From: an uncultured Acidobacteriota bacterium | GTDB lineage: Bacteria > Acidobacteriota > Terriglobia > Acidiferrales > UBA7541 | Direction of reading: 5' to 3' | Assembly (NCBI GenBank): GCA_963709105.1 | Contig: CAVPVC010000016.1 | Coordinates: 526,700 to 590,699 of the forward strand | Length of the DNA stretch: 64,000 bases | Shown: in pieces, positions 9,166 to 17,804 of the stretch | How the letters are laid out: each line of letters opens with the position of its first letter | How positions within the stretch are numbered: the first letter of the stretch is position 1 | Position numbers and translations under genes: made by a program | The notes under the pieces: model-generated | Databases searched by the model: none | What the model was told of the DNA's origin: nothing | Seen by the model: only the letters and a program-made list of their open reading frames with translations

Positions 9166-10059
9166 ATGAAAGCACTCGATACGAAGACGCGAGTTCAGCT
9201 GAAGAACGTTCTATTTGCGACGGATTTTTCCCCGGCCGCCGCTGCCGCGCTTCCCTATGCAGGAGTCCTGGCGAAGCACTTTGACGCCAACCTTTTCGCT
9301 CTGCATGTGCGCACGCCCGTGATCAATCCCATGACTCCTCCGGCCGGCTGGCCCGCACTCGAAAGGGCCGCCGAGCTGGAAGAAATCGAGCGCAGAAAAT
9401 CCCTGCGCAACGCCATTCCCGGAATCGAGCCCACCGTTCTGATCGAGGAAGGCAGCATCTGGGAAAATCTGCTGGCGGCCATCCGGAAGTTTCATATCGA
9501 TTTGCTGGTGATCGGAACGCACGGCCGCTCCGGCTTCGGCAAGCTCCTTCTCGGATCGGCGGCGGAAGAAATCTTTCGAGACGCACCGTGCCCCGTGCTG
9601 ACGGTCGGGCCGCACGCCCCGGCTGAGCCGAACCGGGCGGGTGAGTTTACGAGAATCCTGTATGCCGCAAGTTTCGGCGCTGAATCGGCCGCGGCCGCTC
9701 CTTATGCCGTTTCGCTGGCGCAGGAATATCAGGCCAGGCTGACTCTTCTGCATGTTCTGGAGGATCCAAAGGCCGGCGAATTCGTGGTTCCGCAGGATCT
9801 GATCGCGTCATCGAAGCTGCGCCTGGTCGACATCGTCCCGCCCGAAGCGGAACTCTGGTGCGAACCAGACTACGTCGTCGAACGCGGCCAAGTGGCCGAG
9901 AAAATCCTCGACGTTGCGAAGAACCGGAACGCCGATCTGATCGTCCTGGGCGTGCACCGGCCGGTCGGCGTCCCCGGAGCAGCCACCCACTTGCCGATCT
10001 CTACGGCTCACTACGTGGTTGCCAACGCGCATTGCCCGGTACTCACCGTGCGCGACTGA
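9166..10059 (+). CDS. universal stress protein, tandem Usp domains
   Basis: ATG at 9166 follows GGAGG at 9156-9160. Each half carries a Usp ATP-binding-type motif (VIGTHGRSGFGKLLLGSAAEEI...CPVLTV, and VLGVHRP...HCPVLTV). The 5' part of track ORF 8875 overlaps the tRNA and is spurious. Confidence 0.8.
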   Translation: MKALDTKTRVQLKNVLFATDFSPAAAAALPYAGVLAKHFDANLFALHVRTPVINPMTPPAGWPALERAAELEEIERRKSLRNAIPGIEPTVLIEEGSIWENLLAAIRKFHIDLLVIGTHGRSGFGKLLLGSAAEEIFRDAPCPVLTVGPHAPAEPNRAGEFTRILYAASFGAESAAAAPYAVSLAQEYQARLTLLHVLEDPKAGEFVVPQDLIASSKLRLVDIVPPEAELWCEPDYVVERGQVAEKILDVAKNRNADLIVLGVHRPVGVPGAATHLPISTAHYVVANAHCPVLTVRD

Positions 10060-10231
10060 CAGAGGGGCGCCCGCGAATACGCGAAGTGCCAGAACTAGTC
10101 GTGATTCGCGGGTGCTCCGCTTCTATTCTCTGCGCGAACAATCCGCTATCCATCGCATCCACTTTGCCGATAGCCCGCCGCGCCGCGACTCTGGTAGTGT
10201 TGTACGCTGAATTGGGGCTCGAGCGAGCGCA

Positions 10232-10534
10232 ATGCATCTGACTCCCAGAGAAATCGACAAGCTGATGATCGTCGTCGCCGCCGATCTCGCGCGCAAGCGC
10301 CGCGCCCGCGGCTTGAAGCTCAACCATCCGGAAGCCGCCGCGCTGATTACCGCCGAACTCCTCGAAGCGATTCGCGATGGCCGTTCCGTCTCGGAAATTA
10401 TGGAATTCGGCGGCTCGATTCTTCGCCGCGAAGACGTAATGGAAGGCGTACCGGAAATGCTCGACGAGGTGCAGGTGGAAGGAACCTTTCCCGACGGCAC
10501 CAAGCTCGTGACGGTTCACCACCCGATCCGCTGA
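10232..10534 (+). CDS. ureA: urease subunit gamma
   Basis: [39 protein letters not shown]... is the canonical 100-aa UreA. Confidence 0.95.
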   Translation: MHLTPREIDKLMIVVAADLARKRRARGLKLNHPEAAALITAELLEAIRDGRSVSEIMEFGGSILRREDVMEGVPEMLDEVQVEGTFPDGTKLVTVHHPIR

Positions 10535-10564
10535 GGATTTCGGAATTTGAGCAATCTTTGTAGG

Positions 10565-10584
10565 TCGTGGCTTCAGCCACGACA
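10565..10584 (+). other. perfect 8-bp hairpin (GTCGTGGC TTCA GCCACGAC) in the ureA-ureB spacer
   Basis: Read directly. It lies inside the motif TGTAGGTCGTGGCTTCAGCCACGACAC. Confidence 0.5.
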
Positions 10585-10635
10585 CAAAAGCGGGCGCGCA
10601 GCGCCTTCCTTGGCCGCCAACAAGGAGAACCGCAC

Positions 10636-11002
10636 ATGATCCCCGGAGAATATCGCCTCAAAGCCGATCCCGTGATCGCCAACGCGAACCGCCGCGTAAT
10701 CGAACTGGATGTCGTCAATTCCGGTGACCGGCCCGATCCAGGTCGGCTCCCATTTCCACTTCTTCGAAGCCAATCGCGAACTCCGCTTCGATCGCGCGCA
10801 AGCCTTCGGCATGCGCCTGAATATTCCCGCGGGCACCGCCGTACGCTTCGAGGCGGGCGACGCCAAGCGCGTCGAACTAACCGAAATCGCCGGGGCCAAA
10901 GCGGTCCACGGCCTCAACGCGCTCACCGACGGGCCCGCGACAGACGCGGCAAAATCCGCCGCGCTCCAGCGCGCCAAGGACAAAGGTTTTTCGCTAACGT
11001 AA
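10636..11002 (+). CDS. ureB: urease subunit beta, interrupted by one +1 insertion near 10735
   Basis: [33 protein letters not shown] is in one frame. [20 protein letters not shown]...KDKGFSLT continues in the frame of ORF 10709-11002. There is an extra G at about 10735. RBS AAGGAG at 10622-10627. Confidence 0.85.
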
Positions 11003-11046
11003 AGTTCGCCTGACCTGACCAGGGAGACGCATCCAGGAGAGCATCG

Positions 11047-12766
11047 TTGAGCCTGAAAATTCCACGCCGCCAGTACGCTGAACTCTACGGACCCACCACG
11101 GGCGATCGCGTCCGCCTCGCGGACACCGAACTCTTCATCGAAATCGAGCGAGACCTCACCACTCCCGGCGACGAGGCCAAATTCGGCGGCGGCAAGAGCC
11201 TGCGCGACGGCATGGGCCAGTCCTCCACCGCTGTGCTCGCCGACGGCGCGCTCGATCTCGTCATCACCAACGCCGTGATCGTCGATCACTCCGGCATCGT
11301 CAAGGCCGACATCGGCATTCGCGGCAACCGCATCGTCGGAATCGGCAAGGCCGGCAATCCCGACGTGATGGACGGGCGTCACACCCGGCATGATCGTGGG
11401 AGCAGGCACCGAAGTAATCGCGGGCGAAGGCAAAATCGTCACCGCGGGCGGCATCGACTCGCACGTTCACTTCATCTGCCCGCAGCTTGTTTGGACCGCG
11501 CTCTCCGGCGGCCTCACCACGCTGATCGGCGGCGGCACCGGACCCGCCACCGGCACCGACGCCACCACCTGCACCCCCGGCGCGTGGAACATGCACCGCA
11601 TGCTCGAATCCGCCGAGGCTTTCCCGATGAATCTCGGCTTTCTCGGCAAGGGAAACTCCTCGCGCCCCGCGCCGCTCGGCGAACAAATCGAAGCCGGCGC
11701 CATCGGCCTCAAGCTTCACGAAGACTGGGGCACCACTCCCGCCGCCATCGACTGCGCGCTATCGGTCGCCGAAAAATACGATGTGCAGGTCGCCATCCAC
11801 ACCGACACGCTGAACGAAGCCGGCTTCGTCCAGGATTCCATCGCCGCCTTCAAGGGCCGCACGATTCACACCTACCACACCGAAGGCGCCGGAGGCGGCC
11901 ACGCCCCGGACATTATTAAGGTATGCGGCGAGCCCAATTGCCTGCCCTCCTCCACCAACCCCACCATGCCTTTCACCGTCAACACGCTCGACGAGCATCT
12001 CGACATGCTCATGGTCTGCCATCACCTGAGCCCGTCGATTCCCGAGGACTTGGCCTTCGCCGAATCCCGCATCCGCGCGGAGACCATCGCCGCCGAAGAC
12101 GTTCTCCACGATATCGGCGCGATCAGCATGATGTCGTCCGACTCGCAAGCGATGGGCCGCATCGGCGAAGTGATCACGCGCACCTGGCAGACCGCGGACA
12201 AAATGAAGCGCCAGCGCGGCTCGCTTCCCGGTGAATCTTCCGAGAATGACAACGTGCGCGTGCGCCGCTACGTCTCGAAATACACCATCAATCCCGCCAT
12301 CGCCCACGGCGTGTCGCACGAAATCGGCTCAGTCGAAGTGGGGAAGTTCGCCGACCTCGTGCTGTGGAAGCCCGCGTTCTTCGGCGTGAAGCCCGAGATG
12401 ATCGTAAAGGGCGGATTCATCGCCTGGTCGGTAATGGGGGACGCGAACGCCTCCATCCCCACGCCGCAGCCGGTAATCTACCGCCCGATGTACGGCAGCT
12501 ACGGCCGCGCGGTGCAGTCCACATCGCTTACGTTCGTTTCCAAAGCCGCGCTCGAAGCGGGCGTTCCCGCAAAGCTGGGACTCAAGAAGCATTTCTCGGC
12601 GGTAAAAAAATGCCGCGGCCTCTCGAAAACAGACATGATCCACAACGACGCGTTACCCAAAATTGAAGTCGACGCGGAAACCTACGAAGTCCGCGCCGAC
12701 GGCGTCCTGTTGACCTGCGAGCCGGCCACAGTTCTTCCCATGGCCCAGCGCTATTTCCTATTCTGA
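11047..12766 (+). CDS. ureC: urease subunit alpha, interrupted by one 1-nt insertion near 11375
   Basis: The N-terminus ...[11 protein letters not shown] is in ORF 11047. [36 protein letters not shown]... continues in ORF 11390-12766. The shift falls in the GGG run at 11374-11376. Confidence 0.9.
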
Positions 12767-12886
12767 GAGGCTGCGATTTTTTGATTTTTTTTGCGGAAAG
12801 CCGATGCCGAAAATAATTGCCATACGCGCGAAAAAATCGTCTTTTAGCAATTTGGCCGCAGGCTCCGAGCCAGCGAGACAATATCC

Positions 12887-13333
12887 ATGCTGATCGTCTA
12901 CGATCCCGTCGATTCCCTGGCAGCCGAAGACATCCGCGGCAAAGAAGAAGACACGCTGGCCCTTCCCTGGGAGCAGCGCCGCTGGATCCGCGGAAAATTC
13001 ACCACCGCAAAAGGCCGCGAAGTAGCCCTGGCCCTTCCCACCGGTACTCCCCTCGTGCCGGGGACAATCATCCTCGTCGAAAAAGATTGGTACCTTCGCG
13101 TAGAAGCGGTGCCCGAACCGCTGATCGCAGTCACACCCGAAGACTCAGAGGACGCCATCCGCCTCGCCTTCGAAATCGGCAACCGCCACTTCCCCCTGGC
13201 CCTCGAAGGAGCCACGCTGCTAGTGCCCGACGACCCCGCTATGGCGCAGCTTTTCGACCGCCTAGGCGCCCGCTGGTCTCGCCGCCAAGCCATCTTCTCC
13301 CCCCTCGGCGTAGGAATCATCCATGGGCGCTAA
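12887..13333 (+). CDS. ureE: urease accessory protein UreE (no His-rich tail)
   Basis: 148 aa. The segment AFEIGNRHFPLALEGATLLVPDD is typical of UreE. Confidence 0.85.
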   Translation: MLIVYDPVDSLAAEDIRGKEEDTLALPWEQRRWIRGKFTTAKGREVALALPTGTPLVPGTIILVEKDWYLRVEAVPEPLIAVTPEDSEDAIRLAFEIGNRHFPLALEGATLLVPDDPAMAQLFDRLGARWSRRQAIFSPLGVGIIHGR

Positions 13334-13497
13334 CATATCCACTGCCGAGCACGTGTCATCCACGACGACCCCGCCATGGCGCAACTCTTCGACCGCCTAG
13401 GCGCCAGCTGGTCTCGCCGCCAAGCCGTCTTCTCTCCTTTGGGTATAGGCCTTATCCATGCCCGCTAACACACCCGCTGCCGAACGGGCGTCATCCA
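13228..13497 (+). repeat. imperfect tandem duplication (2 x 135 bp) of the ureE 3' end plus downstream flank
   Basis: Copy 1 is 13228-13362 and copy 2 is 13363-13497. Both encode DDPAMAQLFDRLGA[RS]WSRRQA[IV]FSPLG[VI]G[IL]IH[GA]R followed by a stop. Confidence 0.85.
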
Positions 13498-13562
13498 TGA
13501 ACGATACCCGCGCACCTGTCACCTCGAACGACGTGGGACATCTGCCCTCTAGCCACACCAGT

Positions 13563-13591
13563 GTCATCCCGAGCGCAGCGAGGGATCTGCA
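13563..13591 (+). repeat. dispersed repeat unit (family A: GTCATYCYGAGCG..GCGARGRATCTC)
   Basis: GTCATCCCGAGCGCAGCGAGGGATCTGCA. Confidence 0.7.
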
Positions 13592-13679
13592 TTTGCCTTC
13601 CGGTTTTCCGGGCGCCCCACCGTTGTGTTTTCAAGGGTGGGTCTTTCTTTCGACTTTTCTCGCGCCTTGGCTTTTCGTT

Positions 13680-13716
13680 GTCATCCCGAAAGAGCGAAGC
13701 GACGAGGGAATCTCTC
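13680..13716 (+). repeat. dispersed repeat unit (family A)
   Basis: GTCATCCCGAAAGAGCGAAGCGACGAGGGAATCTCTC. It is near-identical to the reverse complement of 54599-54634. Confidence 0.75.
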
Positions 13717-13751
13717 TTCATTTCTCTAACACCACAACATTCGCGATCTCT

Positions 13752-14447
13752 ATGAACCCTGACCCAAGCGCCTTCATCCATCTCCTGCAATTCGCCGACG
13801 GCCTGTTCCCCGCCGGCGGCTACGCGCACTCCTTCGGCCTCGAAACCCTGGTCCAATCCGGCCGCGTGCAAACCGCCGAGGACGTCGCGACATTCCTCCG
13901 CGCGCATCTGCAAAACTCCGCCGCGCCCACCGACGCGGTAATCGCCCTGGCCGCCCGCAGAGCCGCCCTCGCACACGATCTGCCAACCTGCCTCCGCCTC
14001 GACCAAATGCTCGAAGCCCTGAAAATCGCCACCGAATCGCGCGAAGCAAGCCGCCAGATGGGCCGCCAGACTCTGCGCATCCTGCGCGACCTCTCTCCCG
14101 ATCCATTCATCGCCCATTTCGCAGCGGAGGCGGAATCACAAGCCGCCCCGTGCCATCACGCCGTCGTATTCGGCATCGCCTCCGCCGCGCTAAACTGGCC
14201 GCCCGAAGAAACAGCCTCGGCGTTTCTGTACTCCACAAGCGCCCTGATCGTAGGCGCCTCGCTTCGCCTGCTACCGCTAGGCCAACTCGCCGGCCAGCGA
14301 ATCCTCTGGAGCCTCGGCCCATTGATAACGTCGCTCGCGCGCGCGGTACAGGAGAAAACCGAAGACGACATCTCCAGCTTCACGCCCGAAATCGAAATCG
14401 CCGCCATGCGCCACGAATCCCTCGACGCCCGGATGTTCCGCTCATGA
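13752..14447 (+). CDS. ureF: urease accessory protein UreF
   Basis: I prefer the internal ATG at 13752 ([31 protein letters not shown]...). The 5' extension of the track ORF runs through repeat elements. Confidence 0.85.
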   Translation: MNPDPSAFIHLLQFADGLFPAGGYAHSFGLETLVQSGRVQTAEDVATFLRAHLQNSAAPTDAVIALAARRAALAHDLPTCLRLDQMLEALKIATESREASRQMGRQTLRILRDLSPDPFIAHFAAEAESQAAPCHHAVVFGIASAALNWPPEETASAFLYSTSALIVGASLRLLPLGQLAGQRILWSLGPLITSLARAVQEKTEDDISSFTPEIEIAAMRHESLDARMFRS

Positions 14448-15145
14448 GCGCGCCCATCGATAATCTGAACAACAGACCCAGCGACAGTCTCGGCAACAGT
14501 CCCAACGACGGTCCCGCACGCGCCGGCAAAAAAATCCCCGGCCGCCCGTTAAAGATCGGCATAGGCGGCCCGGTAGGTTCCGGCAAGACCGCGCTCGTCG
14601 AATCGCTCTGCACGCGCCTGAAATCCACCTACGATCTCGCCGTTATCACCAACGACATTTACACCCGCGAAGACGCCGAATTCCTAACCCGCCGCGCCGT
14701 GCTTCCTCCCGAGCGCATCGTCGGAGTCGAAACCGGCGGCTGCCCGCACACCGCCATCCGCGAAGACGCCTCGGTGAATCTCGAAGCCTCCGCGCTCCTG
14801 CAAAAGAGCTTCCCGCAGATGGACATCCTTCTCATCGAAAGCGGCGGCGACAATCTTTCCTCCACCTTCAGCCCGGAACTCGTCGACGCCGCCATCTTCG
14901 TGATCGACGTGAGCGAGGGCGACAAAATTCCGCGCAAAGGCGGCCCCGGCATCACCAAGTCGGGCCTGCTCGTAATCAACAAGATCGACCTCGCGCCCTA
15001 CGTGGGCGCGAGCCTGGAAGTGATGGACCGCGACACCAAGCGCGTCCGAGGAGAGCGACCCTACGTCTTCACCAATCTCAAGACCGGCGACGGAGTCGAC
15101 GCCGTCATCGACTGGATTCGCCGCGACCTGCTCTTCGAATCCTAG
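14444..15145 (+). CDS. ureG: urease accessory GTPase UreG
   Basis: ATGA overlap with the ureF stop. P-loop [14 protein letters not shown]; also ESGGDNL and [12 protein letters not shown]. Confidence 0.95.
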   Translation: MSAPIDNLNNRPSDSLGNSPNDGPARAGKKIPGRPLKIGIGGPVGSGKTALVESLCTRLKSTYDLAVITNDIYTREDAEFLTRRAVLPPERIVGVETGGCPHTAIREDASVNLEASALLQKSFPQMDILLIESGGDNLSSTFSPELVDAAIFVIDVSEGDKIPRKGGPGITKSGLLVINKIDLAPYVGASLEVMDRDTKRVRGERPYVFTNLKTGDGVDAVIDWIRRDLLFES

Positions 15146-15263
15146 CCGCTCCGGCCGCGACGGCCTGCTGCGCCTGGGGTTCGAGCGCCGCGCCAGCGCG
15201 CAAGGCGACGCCGCGATTCACATCACGGCGCTGCGCCATTGCCGCTACACGCTACCGTTACAG

Positions 15264-16094
15264 GTGCTCTCGCCCCTAACGCTGGACGACGGCACATCCT
15301 ATCTCCTCCTACTCAATCCCACCGGTGGCGTGCTGGGCGGCGACCGCCTCCGCACCGAAATCGACCTGGGCGAGCAAGCCGCCGTCTGCCTCTCAACGCC
15401 CTCCGCCACCCGCATCTATCGCACTGGCGGACGTTCTGGCGGGAGCACGGACGGGCGCACCCGCGAGGACACTGGCGAGAGCACCAGCGGCCCGCCCTCC
15501 GAAATCCATACCGTTCTGCGCCTGGCAACCGGCGCCACGCTGGAATATCTGCCGGATCACGTGATCCCGCACGCCGGTTCAAGTCTGCGGCAAACCCTGC
15601 ACGTCGAAATGCAGCAAGGCAGCCGCGGCATTTTCCTCGACGCCTTCGCCGCCGGCCGCGTAGCCCAAAACGAACACTGGCGCTTCCGCCAATTCGACTC
15701 ACGCACCGAAGTAACCCTGCGCGGCAAGCTAATCTACCTCTCGCGCACAAACATCGCCGGCGCCGCGCAGCCAGCCACCAGCCACTCGCCACTCGTCACT
15801 CGCCACTCGTCCCCGCCGTCTCTAGGCTGCATGTCCACCTATTCCTACTGCGCCTCCCTGCTGATCGTAGCCGACAGCTTCCCCGACTGGCGCCCCGTGC
15901 TAGCCAGCCTCCGCGCCGAACTCGACGCCGTCCCCGGCATAATCGGCGGCGCGAGCCTCCTCACCGAAGCCGGCTGCTCCGCCCGCTACTTGGCCAGCTC
16001 CGCCATCGCGCTGCACGAAGCCACCCGCCGCCTCTGGACCGCCGCCCGCCGCGAAGTCCTTCGCCTCCCGCCCTTCGATCCGCGGAAATACTGA
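15264..16094 (+). CDS. ureD: urease accessory protein UreD; the true 5' end probably lies upstream
   Basis: LLLLNPTGGVLGGDRL and LEYLPDHVIPHAGS are UreD-like. UreD-like sequence (GLLRLGFERRA...ITALRHCRYTLPLQV) continues in frame upstream to 15144, with no ATG, GTG or TTG between the in-frame TGA at 15021 and 15264. Confidence 0.8.
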   Translation: MLSPLTLDDGTSYLLLLNPTGGVLGGDRLRTEIDLGEQAAVCLSTPSATRIYRTGGRSGGSTDGRTREDTGESTSGPPSEIHTVLRLATGATLEYLPDHVIPHAGSSLRQTLHVEMQQGSRGIFLDAFAAGRVAQNEHWRFRQFDSRTEVTLRGKLIYLSRTNIAGAAQPATSHSPLVTRHSSPPSLGCMSTYSYCASLLIVADSFPDWRPVLASLRAELDAVPGIIGGASLLTEAGCSARYLASSAIALHEATRRLWTAARREVLRLPPFDPRKY

Positions 16095-16370
16095 GGCGAC
16101 CACCAAATTTCGATCAGTATTTTTGCGGCTTCGGACGGGTCCAGAAACTATCAATTGAATGGATTTGGAGGCTCCAAAATCGGCGCGCAATGCTTGAAGT
16201 TGATTGGATTTTGGGGCGGCGAAATCGGCGCAAAACTGCGTTCGCCATCACCGCCGCTGCACGGGCGAGCTCGCGGAACCAAAGTTGCGCGCGGCGCGTC
16301 CCAAGTGGAGTATAGTTTAGGCGGCTGCCGCCTCTACGCGGATCACTCTTTGCAGGAGGAACAACAGAAC

Positions 16371-16950
16371 ATGAAGACGTCGCTACGCGCTGTCGCTCGC
16401 GTGCTTCCCTGTTTCGCACTGGCACTGGCTCTCATTTTCGTCGCGTCGTTTGCCCGGGTGCAAGCCGCTGACGATCAACCGATGCCCACCGTGGGCAGCA
16501 TGGCCCCCGATTTCACGCTGAACTCGCAGGAGAACACACCCGTGAGCCTGCACGACTTCAAGGGCAAATGGGTGGTCCTCTATTTTTATCCCAAGGACCA
16601 GACGCCCGGCTGCACCATCGAAGCGCACGGCTTCACGCGCGACCAGGATCAATACCGTCAAGAAGAACGCCGTGGTGCTCGGCGTCAGCGTCGATACCGT
16701 GGACTCGCACAAGGAGTTCTGCGCGAAGGACGGCATTAATTTCAAGCTGCTCTCCGACACCAGCATGGACGTGGTCGCGAAGTACGGCTCGCTGAATCAG
16801 ATGAACGGCACGTCGTGCGCGGCCCGCAACACGTTCCTGATCGATCCCACGGGCAAAATCGTGAAGGTCTATGTGAAGGTGAACCCCACTCCCCACAGCG
16901 AGGAAGTGCTGGCGGCGCTCGATGAATTGCAAAAGGGCGGCGGCCAGTAA
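16371..16950 (+). CDS. bcp: secreted thiol peroxidase / peroxiredoxin (Bcp-type), one frameshift near 16655-16660
   Basis: ATG at 16371 follows AGGAGGA. A signal peptide precedes APDFTLNSQENTPVSLHDFKGKWVVLYFYPKDQTPGCT. The C-terminal KKNAVVLGVSVDTVDSHKEFC... is in the frame of ORF 16672-16950. Confidence 0.8.
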
Positions 16951-16993
16951 GAAGCAGTAACAAGCTTCGCCGCAGCTGAAATCTCCCAATAGA

Positions 16994-17036
16994 AAAGGCG
17001 GACGCATCGCACGATGCGCCCGCCTTTTTGTTTTTG
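16994..17036. terminator. bidirectional intrinsic terminator between bcp and the SnoaL-like gene
   Basis: AGAAAA-GGCGGACGCATCG..CGATGCGCCCGCC-TTTTTGTTTTT. The roughly 12-bp GC-rich stem is flanked by an A-run and a T-run. Confidence 0.8.
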
Positions 17037-17064
17037 CGCCAGCTTTTACGGATGACGACGCGTT

Positions 17065-17490
17065 TTACGCCGTCGCCGCCGATGCCGTGGCGAGCGCGGC
17101 GTTCAGAACGGCCGTATCGGTGAATTCCTGGAATTGCGAGATTTTGCCGTCCTGCACGGTGAAGGCCATCGCCCAGTTGCTCTCGAAAATCCGGCCTGTG
17201 CGCTTGGCCGTCGCGCGGTAGTATCCCAGCACGACGACGCGATCATCCTGCGCGATGTATTCGCGCGGTTCGAAATTGGAGTAATCCGCCAGTTCGTCCA
17301 CCTTGCGAAAAAAATGCGCCACTTCTTCCTTGCCCCGATAGGTTCCGGCCACCGGTTCGACCGGCGCGGCAATCCATTCGACGTTGGGCGTGAGGCTATC
17401 GAGGATGCTTTGGATGTCGCCCCGTGAAAAGGCCGCGTAGGCCGCCTGGATCAACTCCACATTCGCCTGCAGATTGGCTTGCTCGCTCAT
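17065..17490 (-). CDS. SnoaL-like / NTF2-fold (ketosteroid isomerase-like) protein
   Basis: 141 aa. IQAAYAAFSRGDIQSILDSLTPNVEW...GKISQFQEFTD is typical of SnoaL_2-like proteins. Confidence 0.6.
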   Translation of the reverse strand: MSEQANLQANVELIQAAYAAFSRGDIQSILDSLTPNVEWIAAPVEPVAGTYRGKEEVAHFFRKVDELADYSNFEPREYIAQDDRVVVLGYYRATAKRTGRIFESNWAMAFTVQDGKISQFQEFTDTAVLNAALATASAATA

Positions 17491-17804
17491 GGTGAATCTC
17501 CTTCGAAGCGGAAGAATAGTGAGAAGGGAGCCCGGGGCCGAAAGCGCCTAGAAAGTATCAGAAATCGCTCCGAATTGGCACACATTGATGGAGAAGGTGC
17601 CCCTGGGGCGGGGGCGAGATTCGTTTCCGCGATACATGGCATAAAATCTTTGATTTTGGTAACGCGATTTTAACTTGCTTCCCCGGGGTGGTTGGTCTAA
17701 AAAAGATGTCACTCGAAGTAGCTGCTACCTTGGTCGGTGGCAGAATTGGCGCAAAACCAGGGGTTTGTGGTCGGAATTTCGCAAGACATCCACAGGAGAT
17801 AAAA

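Noticed and set aside
15239-16315. 358-aa Arg/Pro-rich ORF overlapping ureD
   Set aside because: It is an alternative-frame artefact. The ureD frame carries the conserved motifs.
17491-17804. Possible cobalamin or other riboswitch upstream of the TonB-dependent receptor
   Set aside because: No B12-box (GCCACTG-like) or other conserved riboswitch core was found. Only a generic hairpin is present at about 17730-17755.
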